From contig OZ242180.1 of the NCBI GenBank assembly GCA_965205485.1, positions 1,248,001 through 1,312,000 on the forward strand: DNA of 64,000 nt, written 5' to 3'. The number at the start of each line of letters is the position of its first letter. The first letter of the stretch is position 1. The notes below the pieces were generated by a model. That model made no database searches. It saw nothing but the letters and a program-made list of their open reading frames with translations, and was not told where the DNA came from. This document shows positions 41,678 through 51,811 of this stretch, piece after piece. The translations under genes and the position numbers were made by a program. This DNA comes from Candidatus Latescibacterota bacterium. Lineage in GTDB: Bacteria > Latescibacterota > UBA2968 > GCA-2709665.

Positions 41678-42436
41678 ATGACGGAGACGGACATCCAACG
41701 CCTGCTGGTTTGGGTCATATTCGGCCTGGCCGGCGTGACCTTCCTGTATTTGCTTCGGAGACCGGCGCCTTACGGCCGCCACTTTCCGGGCTCCGGTTGG
41801 GGGCCGACCGTCTCCGGCAGGGCGGGCTGGATCGGCATGGAATCTCCGGCGGTCTTCTTCTTCCTGTTCGTTTATCTGGAAGGGAGCTTGAAGGGCAGCC
41901 TCCTGTCGCTGGTTTTCCTGGCGATGTGGCAGGGCCACTACCTGAACCGGACGCTCATCTACCCGTTCCGGATGCGGACCGGCCGAAGAATGCCGCTTGT
42001 CGTAGCCGGTTCGGGGTTCTTCTTCAATATGCTGAATGCTTATGTTAACGCCCGGTTCGTCTCCCATCTCGGCGAGTACCCTGTTTCATGGCTGACCAAC
42101 CCGTGTTTCCTGATCGGAGCGGCAGTTTTCGCCGGTGGCATCGTTCTGAATGTGCACAGCGACGGCATCCTGCGCGGCCTGCGGAAACAGGAAGGCACAG
42201 GTTACGTCGTCCCGGACCGCGGCGCCTTCCGGCACGTCTCCTGCCCGAACTACCTCGGCGAGATTCTGGAATGGACGGGTTGGGCGATCGCCACGTGGTC
42301 GCCCGGCGGGCTCGCGTTCTGCGTCTATACGATCGCCAATCTGGTCCCCCGGGCCCGCAGCAATCACCGCTGGTACCAGGAACGCTTCCCGGACTACCCG
42401 CCCAACCGCCGTGCCCTCATCCCGGGCGTGTTCTGA
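41678..42436 (+). CDS. 3-oxo-5-alpha-steroid 4-dehydrogenase (steroid 5-alpha-reductase, SRD5A/DET2 family)
   Basis: APYGRH, W..ME.P, HY.NR.LIYP, N.HSD.IL..LR, Y..P..G.F..VSCPNY.GEI.EW.GWA, NL.PRA...H.WY...F.DYP..R.ALIP. Confidence 0.92.
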   Translation: MTETDIQRLLVWVIFGLAGVTFLYLLRRPAPYGRHFPGSGWGPTVSGRAGWIGMESPAVFFFLFVYLEGSLKGSLLSLVFLAMWQGHYLNRTLIYPFRMRTGRRMPLVVAGSGFFFNMLNAYVNARFVSHLGEYPVSWLTNPCFLIGAAVFAGGIVLNVHSDGILRGLRKQEGTGYVVPDRGAFRHVSCPNYLGEILEWTGWAIATWSPGGLAFCVYTIANLVPRARSNHRWYQERFPDYPPNRRALIPGVF

Positions 42437-42576
42437 GCAGGTCGGGAACGCCGGCGCGGCGGGTTCCGTCCAGGTATCCTTCGCCCGTGGAATGACCGAT
42501 GGTATCGCGCGCAGGTACACGGCCCGGTACCATCCCAGCCCTTGTCGAGTAATACCCTTTGGAAGGACGAATCGAA

Positions 42577-44313
42577 ATGTCCGGAAGCCATCGACCGTCG
42601 ATCCGCGCGAAACGGTATGTCGTCTCGTCGCTGCACTATCTGGCAACCATGGGTGGGGTCCGGATTCTCGAAAATGGCGGTAATGCCGCGGATGCCGGGG
42701 TCGCCACCGGGATCTGCATTAACGTCCTTCAACCGGGGTCCACCCATTTCGGCGGCGTCGCGCCGATTATCTATTGCCCGGGAACGGGCGCGCCCGTAGA
42801 AACCATCAGCGGCCTCGGACGCTGGCCCCGGGCTGCAAGCATCGACACCTTTCAGGAATATCACGGCGGCGACCTGCCCCCCGGTATCCTGAGGACCGTT
42901 ACGCCGGCATCGCCTGATGCGTGGTTGACGGCGCTGGCGCGGTTCGGCACCATGAGCTTCGAGCAGGTCATTCAGCCCGCGCTGGACCTCGCCGAAAACG
43001 GACTCCCGGTCGACGATCAGTTCCACGCCTTCGCCAGCGGGGCACTGGGAGATGCGCCGTCGACAACTGCCGTTTTCAATCCCGGTGGACACATTCCACA
43101 GATCGGGGAAGTTTTCTGCCAGAAGGACCTTGTGAACACCTTCCGGCGGATGATCGATGCCGAACGAGGGGCACGGGGCGATCGGGTAACGGGAATCAGG
43201 GCCGCGCGCGATCTGATCTACGAGGGTGCAATCGCACGGGAAATTGCCGAATTCTACGCGCGGGAAGGGGGCCTGCTCACGTACGAGGATCTTGCGGCAT
43301 TCACGGTTAGGGTCGAACCCCCCGCACACATCACCTACAAAGGCTATGACGTCTATACCTGCGGTCCCTGGTGCCAGGGGCCAACGTTGAACATGGCGCT
43401 GAAGATCCTCGAAGGAGTTGACCTGCGGAGAATGGGGCACGAATCCGCGGATTATCTCCATGCGATTATCGAGGGGATCAAACTGGTGTTTGCCGATCGC
43501 GAGGCGTACTTCGGCGACCCCGATTTCGTGCAGGTGCCGCTGGCGGGTTTACTCGACGAGCGCTATGCCGCTGGAAGACGGAACGCCATTGATCCGGATC
43601 GCGCCGCTGCCGACATGCCGCCCGCCGGCGATCCGTGGCCGTTCCATCCGGAGCCGCGGGGGAAAAACGGTCCCTTCCCGACCCTGGATCCGGACCGACC
43701 GCAGCCGGAGCGACTGTCTCATTGGGAAAGCGACACCAGTTTCCTCTGCGTGGTGGATGAACAGGGCAACGCCTTCTCGTCGACCCCGTCCGACGTGGTG
43801 GGTTGGACCCCTGTCGTGCCTGGCCTGGGTTTTCCAGTCTCGGGACGCGGGACGCAGACGTGGCTTGATCCTTCCCATCCCTCATCTCTGCAGCCCTGGA
43901 AGCGGCCGCGCCTCACCCCGAACCCGGCGCTGGTCCTGAAGGATGGCAGGCCGTTTATGCCCTTTGGATGTCCCGGCGGCGATGCGCAGGTCCAGGGGAT
44001 GCTGCAGGTATTCCTCAATATCGTCGAGTTCGGCATGGACCCGCAGGAAGCGATCGACGCCCCGCGCGTCATCAGCCACAGCTTTCCGAATTCGTTCTGG
44101 CCCCACGGATCGTTGCCCGGCGAGGTCACGGTCGAAGCCCGCATCGCCCCGCACGTGCGTGAGAACCTGCGAGGTCGCGGGCACATCGTCGACGATACTG
44201 ACGATTGGAGCGGTGGGGTCAGCCGGGTGTGCGCCATTACGGTCGATCATGAGACGGGCACGCGCATGGGCGGCGCGGACCCCCGCTCAACGTCGTATGC
44301 GATCGGCTGGTGA
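42577..44313 (+). CDS. ggt: Gamma-glutamyltransferase family protein
   Basis: GGNAADA, FG...F..V..PA..LAE.G, DTS....VD..GN (catalytic Thr), L.P.KRP, G.PGGD.Q.Q, GADPR. Confidence 0.9.
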   Translation: MSGSHRPSIRAKRYVVSSLHYLATMGGVRILENGGNAADAGVATGICINVLQPGSTHFGGVAPIIYCPGTGAPVETISGLGRWPRAASIDTFQEYHGGDLPPGILRTVTPASPDAWLTALARFGTMSFEQVIQPALDLAENGLPVDDQFHAFASGALGDAPSTTAVFNPGGHIPQIGEVFCQKDLVNTFRRMIDAERGARGDRVTGIRAARDLIYEGAIAREIAEFYAREGGLLTYEDLAAFTVRVEPPAHITYKGYDVYTCGPWCQGPTLNMALKILEGVDLRRMGHESADYLHAIIEGIKLVFADREAYFGDPDFVQVPLAGLLDERYAAGRRNAIDPDRAAADMPPAGDPWPFHPEPRGKNGPFPTLDPDRPQPERLSHWESDTSFLCVVDEQGNAFSSTPSDVVGWTPVVPGLGFPVSGRGTQTWLDPSHPSSLQPWKRPRLTPNPALVLKDGRPFMPFGCPGGDAQVQGMLQVFLNIVEFGMDPQEAIDAPRVISHSFPNSFWPHGSLPGEVTVEARIAPHVRENLRGRGHIVDDTDDWSGGVSRVCAITVDHETGTRMGGADPRSTSYAIGW

Positions 44314-44328
44314 AGGAAACGCCGAAAG

Positions 44329-44500
44329 GCGGGTAGAGGGTAGAAGACCACACCCCGCCCCACCACCACCTGGTGAGACGTAATACGTTAGAGGTTAGAG
44401 ATGACACGCCACGTTCGGTTGTCCATACGCGCCGGAGGCCTAGAGGAATAACAGATCGGCAAAGATCTCTTCTAACGGCTCACGTCTCCCCTCTACCCGC
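44329..44500. repeat. Long imperfect inverted repeat in spacer
   Basis: GCGGGTAGAGGG (44329-44340) / CCCTCTACCCGC (44489-44500); inner GAGACGT..CGTTAGAG / CTCTTCTAACG..ACGTCTC. Confidence 0.6.
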
Positions 44501-44576
44501 TTCTAAGGGACCGTGGGGAGAGATCACCGCGCATACCTGACGGCTTGTTAACAGGATGTCTATAAAGAAAGGTTAT

Positions 44577-46070
44577 ATGCTCACACAAATCGATTATGGC
44601 GTCATCGCGGTCTACGCGGTGTTGATGGCCTGGATTGGAATTCTGGCGAAGCGAAAGTCCGCCAACGTGGAACAGTATTTCGTGGCGGGACACGGATTGC
44701 CCTGGTGGATGGCGGCCATCTCGCACCATGTCTCCGGGTACAGCGCGGTGGCGTTTGTGGGTTTCGCCGGCCGCGCGGCGGTGACGGGATTCAGCATGTG
44801 GACCCTGTTTTCGCTCGGGGTGTTCGTGGCGCTGGTGATCGGATGCCTCGTGTGGGCGCCGCGATGGTCCAGGCTGAAAGTGCTCACGCCGGTGGAATAC
44901 CTGGAAGCGCGTTACGGCAATTCCGTTCGGGGCCTGATCGCGGTGTCCGGTATCCTCATCAAGTTTATCGACCTTGGCATCAAGCTGTTCGCGATCTCGA
45001 TCGTGGTCCACGTGGTTACCGGCTGGGCGGTGCTGCCCGTGATCGTCGTTTCGGGTCTGATCACCATCGCGTACGTGTTCATCGGCGGCTTGTGGGCGAC
45101 GGTACTTACGGACCTGGTACAGTTCGTGGTACAACTCGTCATGAGTCTGGCCGTACTGTTTATCGCGCTGGATATGGTGGGCGGCTGGAACGCGATGTGG
45201 GAAAGCCTGCCCAGGGAGCGTGCCGGCTTTTTCAATGCGTCGGGCGGTATCAGTGTGAGCTTCTGGCTGGTCTACGTGGTTGTGATCATCTTCAGCTACA
45301 ACGGAGGTACCTGGGGTCTGGCGCAGCGATTCGTGTCGGTGGAAAAGCCGAGGGATGCCCAGAAGGCGGCGCTTTTGTCGGCGATTCTCTATCTGTTCTA
45401 TCCCATCGTCATCTTCGTCCCCGCCTGGGCCGCGCCGCTGCTGATGCCCGAATACTTCGATCCGCAGACACTTCAGCCGATCGCCGGTTTCGACCTGGAC
45501 CAGACGTATATCCTTGTGACGCAGAAAATCCTCTCCGCTCTGGCGCCGGGGCTGATCGGACTGCTGGTTTGCTCGATGTTTGCCGCGACGATGTCGATGA
45601 TCGACAGCGATATCAACGCGTTGGCCGCCGTATTCACCAAGGACTTCTACCAGCGGAACTTCAGGCGCGAAATCGACGACAGGGCGCTGTTCAGGGCGGG
45701 CATGACGATAACGGCGATCTTCGGGCTCGCGGTACTGATTACCGCGATCGTGATCTCCCAGAGTCAGGGCATGAACAAGGTCTTCGGCCTCACGGTAAAG
45801 CTGTTCGGCGGCCTCCTGTCGCCCATCGCGATCCCGCTGATGTTCGGGATGATATGGAAACGACCGACGGCGCGCGGCGCGATCCTGTCGTTTATCGGAG
45901 GCGTCATCACCTACTTCATCGCGATTCAATACACCGACAGGTTCGAATTCTACACCGGTCTGGAAATCCTGGTCGCGCTGGTTATCTACTTCGGCGAGGG
46001 TTATCTCTCCCGGCGCAGCGCGGAGAAGGAGGCGGAGGTCGAGGCGCTGTTCGAGAGAATTGAAAAGTGA
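44577..46070 (+). CDS. Sodium:solute symporter (SSS) family transporter
   Basis: YFVAG..LPWW, S..S...FVG.AG, EYLE.RYG, Y..IGG..A...TD..Q, AATMS..DS..NA. Confidence 0.92.
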   Translation: MLTQIDYGVIAVYAVLMAWIGILAKRKSANVEQYFVAGHGLPWWMAAISHHVSGYSAVAFVGFAGRAAVTGFSMWTLFSLGVFVALVIGCLVWAPRWSRLKVLTPVEYLEARYGNSVRGLIAVSGILIKFIDLGIKLFAISIVVHVVTGWAVLPVIVVSGLITIAYVFIGGLWATVLTDLVQFVVQLVMSLAVLFIALDMVGGWNAMWESLPRERAGFFNASGGISVSFWLVYVVVIIFSYNGGTWGLAQRFVSVEKPRDAQKAALLSAILYLFYPIVIFVPAWAAPLLMPEYFDPQTLQPIAGFDLDQTYILVTQKILSALAPGLIGLLVCSMFAATMSMIDSDINALAAVFTKDFYQRNFRREIDDRALFRAGMTITAIFGLAVLITAIVISQSQGMNKVFGLTVKLFGGLLSPIAIPLMFGMIWKRPTARGAILSFIGGVITYFIAIQYTDRFEFYTGLEILVALVIYFGEGYLSRRSAEKEAEVEALFERIEK

Positions 46071-46288
46071 TACATCGTCAACAGGAAATAAAGCCGTCAG
46101 CTATCAGCCATCAGCTGTCAGCTTGAATCAAGAGCCAGATCCGAAGACGGGAGCGCCTTGAACAGCAAGACAATGGATGGCGCAGTCCTCTCCCCCCAGC
46201 CCCGTCAGACTGCGCTGTCTGATATCAGCCAAGACCGGTTAGCGATACGGACACGCGAAAGCCATGACCGATTTCAGCGCCGCTGAGT

Positions 46289-46391
46289 GGGCGACCGGCC
46301 GGTCGCCCCTACAAGAACGACGACAGCGCGGGAACCAGCGAGATCGATTCGTGGATTGTTGGTTATTGTAGGGGCGGTTCGCGAACCGCCC
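46289..46391. repeat. Inverted GTAG-type REP doublet (REPIN-like)
   Basis: GGGCGACCGGCCGGTCGCCCCTAC (46289-46312) facing GTAGGGGCGGTTCGCGAACCGCCC (46368-46391); same family at 51625-51648, 55319-55342, ~55471, 57881-57905 and 1367-1391. Confidence 0.8.
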
Positions 46392-46792
46392 GGCCTTTGC
46401 GCGGTAACACCGCATGTCACGCGAGGGTCCTTTCGCGTCCATCAGACGTCCGTCCGGAAGTGGTGATGGGGGTTTGTTCGCGGAAAAACCCACGCCGCTC
46501 ACGATCAGCGAAAGCATGCCAGGCGGCAAACCCAGGGAAAGTTGCGACACCTGGATCTCCCGCTTCGCGCAGACCTCTCCCCCCGACCCCCTCTCCTGCG
46601 AGGAGAGGGGGAGGAAAATCAGACGATGTATCGTACAAGGAAATAGGGGAATTTAGACGGGAGGGGTAGAAACAATGAGAACGCAAGAACGAATTTGGGA
46701 GATTTAATATCCGCATTTCGGCAGGATCCCTGCCTTCGGCGGAGAAAACCGGCCCTTTGATTCGCCAGGATGTTTTTGACAGGAGAGCCTTT

Positions 46793-47848
46793 ATGCTGAT
46801 CGTCGATTCTCACCTGGATATCGCCCACAACGCGCTCGAATGGGACCGGGACCTGCTCCGGCCCATCGCCGAAATACGCGAGGCCGAAGCCGGAATGGCG
46901 CAGAAGGGCCGCGGTCAGAACGCAGTGAATTTTGCCGAACTGCGGCGCGGCGGGATCGGCCTGTTCTTCGTCACGGTACACTCCCGGCTCGCCTCGATGG
47001 GCAAGCGATTTCCCGGTGTGCGCACGCAGGACATCGCCTACGCCAGATGCAGGGGCGAGTTAGCCTACTACCGCCTGATGGTGGCCAGGGGCGTCTTGCG
47101 CCAGATACGCGATCGCGCCGGACTCGACGACCATCTTGCCGAGTGGGATAACGATCCGCAGACGACCCCGCTGGGATTCGTCCTCAGCATGGAAGGGGCG
47201 GACGGCATTGTGGCGCCGGATCAGGTACCGGAGTGGTGGGATGAGGGCCTGAGGATTGTGAGCCTGTGCCACTACGGGGTCAGCGCCTACTCGCACGGGA
47301 CCCAGGCTCCCGGCGGCCTGACGGCCAGAGGCCGCCCCATGCTCGAAGCCCTGGAGGCTGCCGGGATCATCCTCGATGTGAGCCACCTGGCCGAGCAGGC
47401 ATTCTGGGAAGCCCTGGAGGTCTTCAACGGTCCCGTGGTAGCCACGCACAACTGCTGCCGGACCCTGTGCGACCACGACCGCCAGCTCGACGATCGACAG
47501 ATCAAGACGCTGGCGCAGCGCGGGGGCGTCATTGGCACAGCCATGGACGTCTGGATGGTCTCTCCCCTATGGGACCCGGCCGCCATGGACAACACGGGAA
47601 TCACGCTGGAGACCGTGGTGGACCACATCGACCACGTCTGCCAACTGACCGGGAACTCGCGCCACGCCGCCATCGGCACCGACCTGGACGGCGGCTTCGG
47701 CAAGGAGCAGTGCCCGTCCGATCTCGACACCATCGCCGACCTGCGGAAGATTCCCGCCATCCTCGAAAGGCGCGGTTACTCGCAGGCCGACGTTGCAAAC
47801 ATTATGCACGGAAACTGGCTCCGCATGCTGCGCGCTGCGTGGAGATGA
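46793..47848 (+). CDS. Membrane dipeptidase (peptidase M19) family
   Basis: DSHLD, SMEGAD, DVSH, ATH.C.R, R.L.D, DHIDH, IGTDLDG; AGGAG RBS. Confidence 0.9.
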   Translation: MLIVDSHLDIAHNALEWDRDLLRPIAEIREAEAGMAQKGRGQNAVNFAELRRGGIGLFFVTVHSRLASMGKRFPGVRTQDIAYARCRGELAYYRLMVARGVLRQIRDRAGLDDHLAEWDNDPQTTPLGFVLSMEGADGIVAPDQVPEWWDEGLRIVSLCHYGVSAYSHGTQAPGGLTARGRPMLEALEAAGIILDVSHLAEQAFWEALEVFNGPVVATHNCCRTLCDHDRQLDDRQIKTLAQRGGVIGTAMDVWMVSPLWDPAAMDNTGITLETVVDHIDHVCQLTGNSRHAAIGTDLDGGFGKEQCPSDLDTIADLRKIPAILERRGYSQADVANIMHGNWLRMLRAAWR

Positions 47849-47877
47849 ACGGGATAGTGCCGGAGGAGGTTTCGAAT

Positions 47878-50004
47878 ATGTCGAATGAGAGCAATGTTTG
47901 TTTTTCGCTCGACGCTGCTGCGCTCGAAGCGCGGGGTCAGTTCGATCAACTCATATACTGCGAGTTGAAAAAGGCCATCGTCCTCAATGATATGCTCCTT
48001 GTCGAAGACGATGCGCCGGCCATCGGCCGCCCCGAGGGCGCCGAGGACCGGTCGTGGTTCGAGAAATTGCAGGAAGGCGTGATGGTCCGCAAAGATCTGG
48101 TCCTGGACGATCCTCGCGCAAAAGCTGCCTATTTGATCTTCAACGGACGGGAAATGGACGACAATGACCATGCGCTCCACATCTCCGTCAATGGTCACCA
48201 CCTGATCCGACCTCCGAGTAAGATAGCCCACCCAACCGCTCGCCAATACTATACCAGCGACTGGGGCGGCTCGCACTTCGACAACTGGTTCGAGGTGCCC
48301 GTGCCGGTGGATGCCCTGCGGCAGGGTACCAATGAATTCGTCCTTTGGGCCGAATCGGAGGAGACCAGTTGGGAAATGATGGTGGCCGCCGATGGAGAAT
48401 ATCAGCGTGGATCTGAAACACGATTCTGCCACCCAAACCGAAGCGCAAAGAGCCGGGACGGAGGCCGTACATGGGATTTTGAGCGCCTGGGCTGGAAGGA
48501 TGAAATCGACGGGGAATACGCCATCCGCCTCAGCCTGGATCGCAGCGTACCGCGAGGAACTCTTGTCTCGCCGGTGATCGACCTGGCTGAAGGATGTAAC
48601 AAAAATAGAATAGGGAAATTGCTCGATATCGAAGAGTGCCGGGTAGGATGGCAGGTGGATGTGCCAGAGGGATGCCAGGTGGAAATAGAGGCGCGCCTGG
48701 GCGATAATCCAGTGCCTGCGGCCGCCGCATGGTGCCCTTTCGAGTCCGTGGCGGATTTCTCAAGGACATGGCGCGATCGGGTCGGGCGCTACTTGCAGTT
48801 CAGGATTGTCATGTACGCCCGCAATCCGCTGGTGACGCCGGCGTTCAATGGTGTCACCGTGGAAGTGAAGTGCCGCGAGCACAAACACCGGCCGAATAGA
48901 CGTTACCACCTTCACAGGTTCCGCAACGGTCGCGTCATCCGCCCATCTCTGCCCTACGTCCACGAAGATTTCGCCCGCCTGAACGAACTTCGCCAGCACT
49001 TTGAACTGGACGCGGTGATCTCAGACGCGGCGACTGAATTCGAAGCCCAACTGAAACTCATGCACTGGGCCTACAAGGTGCCGCTGGGTCGCCTGGACGC
49101 GTACCAATGGAATTACTTCGATCTGCCTCAACTCGACAGGGATGCAAGCGGACGCCCCGGCCTGCTGGGCGACTACCGGATGCGCCGGCGCGACGGCCAC
49201 TGCCTCTACTGTAACCTGACCTTGATCGCCGCCTGTCTGGCCATGGGCTTTCCGGCCCGCTGGGTCAACATCTCGACCAAACACACTTACGGGCACGAAG
49301 TGGCGGAAGTATGGTCCAACGAGTACGACAAGTGGATTTTCCTGGATGCGACGCGCGATTACTACATTTACGATCCCGACACGGGAATTCCCCTGAGTCT
49401 GGTGGAAATCAGCGGGCGCCTGGCCGAAATCATGCCAGGGCCGGCAACCTGGGAATATCCCATCCAGTGGCGCCTGCCGGACCTCGAAATGCTCCGTGCC
49501 GCTCGCGTTGCCTATCGCCAGGGCGACAACGCGTTTTCGATTGATGACCTGAGCGGAGGACCCGAGCATCTGATGCTCAAGGGACACCTGCAAATGGTCC
49601 GGCGCAACGACTTCGCCAGCCGGCCATGGCCGCTGCCGTGGCGACTCTCCAGCAACTGGGGAAGCGATCTCTTCTATTGTTTCTACAGCGATGTGTTCCC
49701 CCGCAAACGCGAATACCCCCAACACACCAGGCGCTGGCAGGATTTCAGTCCCCCTCTTAACCAGACGGAACTCTTTTTGAGCGAAACCGCCGAGCCGGAC
49801 GTCCTGCGCGTGGACATGGATACCGAAACGCCTTGCTTTGACGCGTTTCTAGTAAAGATCGACGGAGCCGAATGGAGGGAACAAAAAAACCCCTCGCTGG
49901 AGTGGCGCCTGCACGAAGGCCTGAATCAACTGCGGCTCAAGGCGCGCAACAGCGCGGGGGTTTGCGGCCCGGAAAGCCACGCGGCGGTCGTGATGAATAC
50001 CTGA
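47878..50004 (+). CDS. Transglutaminase-like domain protein with N-terminal beta-rich/BNR-like region
   Basis: Triad-like GHC, HEVAEVWSNE, KWIFLD; Asp-box SRDGGRTW; ATG 47878 follows GGAGGAGG. Confidence 0.7.
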   Translation: MSNESNVCFSLDAAALEARGQFDQLIYCELKKAIVLNDMLLVEDDAPAIGRPEGAEDRSWFEKLQEGVMVRKDLVLDDPRAKAAYLIFNGREMDDNDHALHISVNGHHLIRPPSKIAHPTARQYYTSDWGGSHFDNWFEVPVPVDALRQGTNEFVLWAESEETSWEMMVAADGEYQRGSETRFCHPNRSAKSRDGGRTWDFERLGWKDEIDGEYAIRLSLDRSVPRGTLVSPVIDLAEGCNKNRIGKLLDIEECRVGWQVDVPEGCQVEIEARLGDNPVPAAAAWCPFESVADFSRTWRDRVGRYLQFRIVMYARNPLVTPAFNGVTVEVKCREHKHRPNRRYHLHRFRNGRVIRPSLPYVHEDFARLNELRQHFELDAVISDAATEFEAQLKLMHWAYKVPLGRLDAYQWNYFDLPQLDRDASGRPGLLGDYRMRRRDGHCLYCNLTLIAACLAMGFPARWVNISTKHTYGHEVAEVWSNEYDKWIFLDATRDYYIYDPDTGIPLSLVEISGRLAEIMPGPATWEYPIQWRLPDLEMLRAARVAYRQGDNAFSIDDLSGGPEHLMLKGHLQMVRRNDFASRPWPLPWRLSSNWGSDLFYCFYSDVFPRKREYPQHTRRWQDFSPPLNQTELFLSETAEPDVLRVDMDTETPCFDAFLVKIDGAEWREQKNPSLEWRLHEGLNQLRLKARNSAGVCGPESHAAVVMNT

Positions 50005-50036
50005 AAGGCGACAATCGCGGGTCGACTTCTTGCTCT

Positions 50037-51218
50037 TCAGTTGTCCTCCACCGATCCGTCCTCGTACCTGAGTTCCTCCCGAAGAATCGGCCTATAGGGA
50101 TGTGCACGGGCGACCTCCTCGTTCAGTTCGAGTCCGAGACCGGGGGTGTCCGGCAACGTCACGAACCCGTCCTCGACCTGGAACCGGTGCCCGTAGAACA
50201 GGTCGTCCCGCCAGTCGGTCTTCTCTCTGGTGGAGTCGTCCGCATAGGAAGCCATCTCCTGGATCACGCTGTTCGGGCAGTTCAGGCCCATGTGGATCTC
50301 GGCGGCCACGCCCACCCTGCTGTAGGTGATGTGTGGTGAGACCTGGATGTACTGCGCCTCCGCCATGGCTGCAATCTTCTTGAACTCCGAGATGCCGCCG
50401 CAATGGACGATGTCCGGATTGAGGTAGCTCACCAGGCGTTTGGCGATGATGTCCTGGAAGCCCCACTTGGTGAAGTTCCTTTCTCCCATGCACAGAGGCA
50501 CCGTCGTGCGTTCGCTGAGCCACTCGAGGGCGTCGTTGGATCCTTCCACCTGGATCGGTTCCTCCACCCAGAAGGGGCGGTAGGGTTCGACGGCCTTGCA
50601 GTACTCCAGGGCCATGGTCGGCGTCAGCCGGCCGTGGGCGTCGATGAGGATATCGAAGTCATCGCCTCCTTCGATGCGCATTTCCTCGATCTGCGCGACC
50701 GCGCGCTTCAGGTCCCATGGCATGGGTACGGTGAGCGGGTCGCCGACTTTCGTCACAGGCGGACCCGTCTTGACGGCATTGCATCCCATGGCCCGTGCGC
50801 GCTGCACGCCCGCTTTGCCCCCGCCGCCGGCGTAGATGCGGACCTTGTCTCGCGCGGCGCCTCCGAGAAGTTTGTAGATCGGCAGGCCCGCGATCTTTCC
50901 CACGATATCCCACAGTGCGATATCGATGGCGCTCAGAGCGGTGGTGAAGAGCACGCCCACGTGCCACCGGTTCCACCTGAAAAGCCCCTGCCATATATGT
51001 TCGATATCCGTTGGATTCCTGCCGATGAGGTGGCCCTCGAAGTCCCTGATGCACTGGGCGATGGTGCCCACCTTGTTGTCGCTGATCGAACCCTCGCCGA
51101 GTCCCGTGATCCCCTCGTTCGTGCTGATCTTCACGAAACAGCAGTTGCCTTCCACCAGGAAGGTGTCCACGGCGGTGATCCTGATACCGGAGTAAATTGA
51201 TGGATCCTCGTGCGTCAT
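50037..51218 (-). CDS. Mandelate racemase/galactonate dehydratase-like enolase superfamily protein
   Basis: G.GE, ALSAIDIALWDI.GK..G.PIY.LLGG..RD, IDAHGR, WVEEP, GER, PD..HCGGI, PGLG.E. Confidence 0.9.
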   Translation of the reverse strand: MTHEDPSIYSGIRITAVDTFLVEGNCCFVKISTNEGITGLGEGSISDNKVGTIAQCIRDFEGHLIGRNPTDIEHIWQGLFRWNRWHVGVLFTTALSAIDIALWDIVGKIAGLPIYKLLGGAARDKVRIYAGGGGKAGVQRARAMGCNAVKTGPPVTKVGDPLTVPMPWDLKRAVAQIEEMRIEGGDDFDILIDAHGRLTPTMALEYCKAVEPYRPFWVEEPIQVEGSNDALEWLSERTTVPLCMGERNFTKWGFQDIIAKRLVSYLNPDIVHCGGISEFKKIAAMAEAQYIQVSPHITYSRVGVAAEIHMGLNCPNSVIQEMASYADDSTREKTDWRDDLFYGHRFQVEDGFVTLPDTPGLGLELNEEVARAHPYRPILREELRYEDGSVEDN

Positions 51219-51350
51219 CTTCAGTGTCTCCTCTGAAAGTCCTCTCAAAAGGCACTTCAAGCGTTTTTTAAGTGGTTTCCCGTGAGTGAAGAGCTATAAG
51301 TTATCAGCTATCGTGTAAAAGCAAAAAACGAAAGACAAAAGTCAAAATCA

Positions 51351-51443
51351 AAATCCACATCTCCCCAAATTCCCTGCCTACGGCGTGTTCCTTTTGAAGC
51401 GACCAAAAGGAACCAAAAGTCGCCGCTGGGCGCGGGGCCTGCC
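51351..51443 (+). repeat. 93-bp dispersed repeat (copy 2)
   Basis: Identical to 23834-23926. Confidence 0.9.
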
Positions 51444-51811
51444 ATATGCATAGCGCGAATTGCCACACTGGTTGCACCAAATCCGCTGCCCTACAAGCCA
51501 CCTGATAAAAACAATCGTCGGCGATGAACGGAACCGCGCGCTCTGCTTTGGTAGTGCTTGGGTCGGGTAATGTGATAAACAACCGACGGGCAATCCGGGT
51601 GCAAGCAGGAATTCGTGGTTTTTTGTAGGGGCGACCGGCCGGTCGCCCTTGCGCAATCAACGGGTGGGTTGGCACAACAAGTAGACATTCGCGGAATAGT
51701 GTTCCGCATATTTCGCCTGCACGCCTTACCTCTTCTTGCGTCTGCCCGATGTTCCCACCTCTCCCGTCTCCCTGCCCTTCATCCTTCTTCCTTTTTCCTT
51801 CTTCGTTTTTT

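Noticed and set aside
44705..46063. 452-aa alternative-frame ORF, and 478-aa antisense ORF 44493..45929
   Set aside because: Shadow ORFs of the high-GC SSS transporter gene; no motifs
47266..47877. N-terminal 204-aa extension of the 912-aa ORF
   Set aside because: Overlaps the dipeptidase in another frame with low-complexity Arg/Pro/Gly sequence; a strong RBS supports ATG 47878
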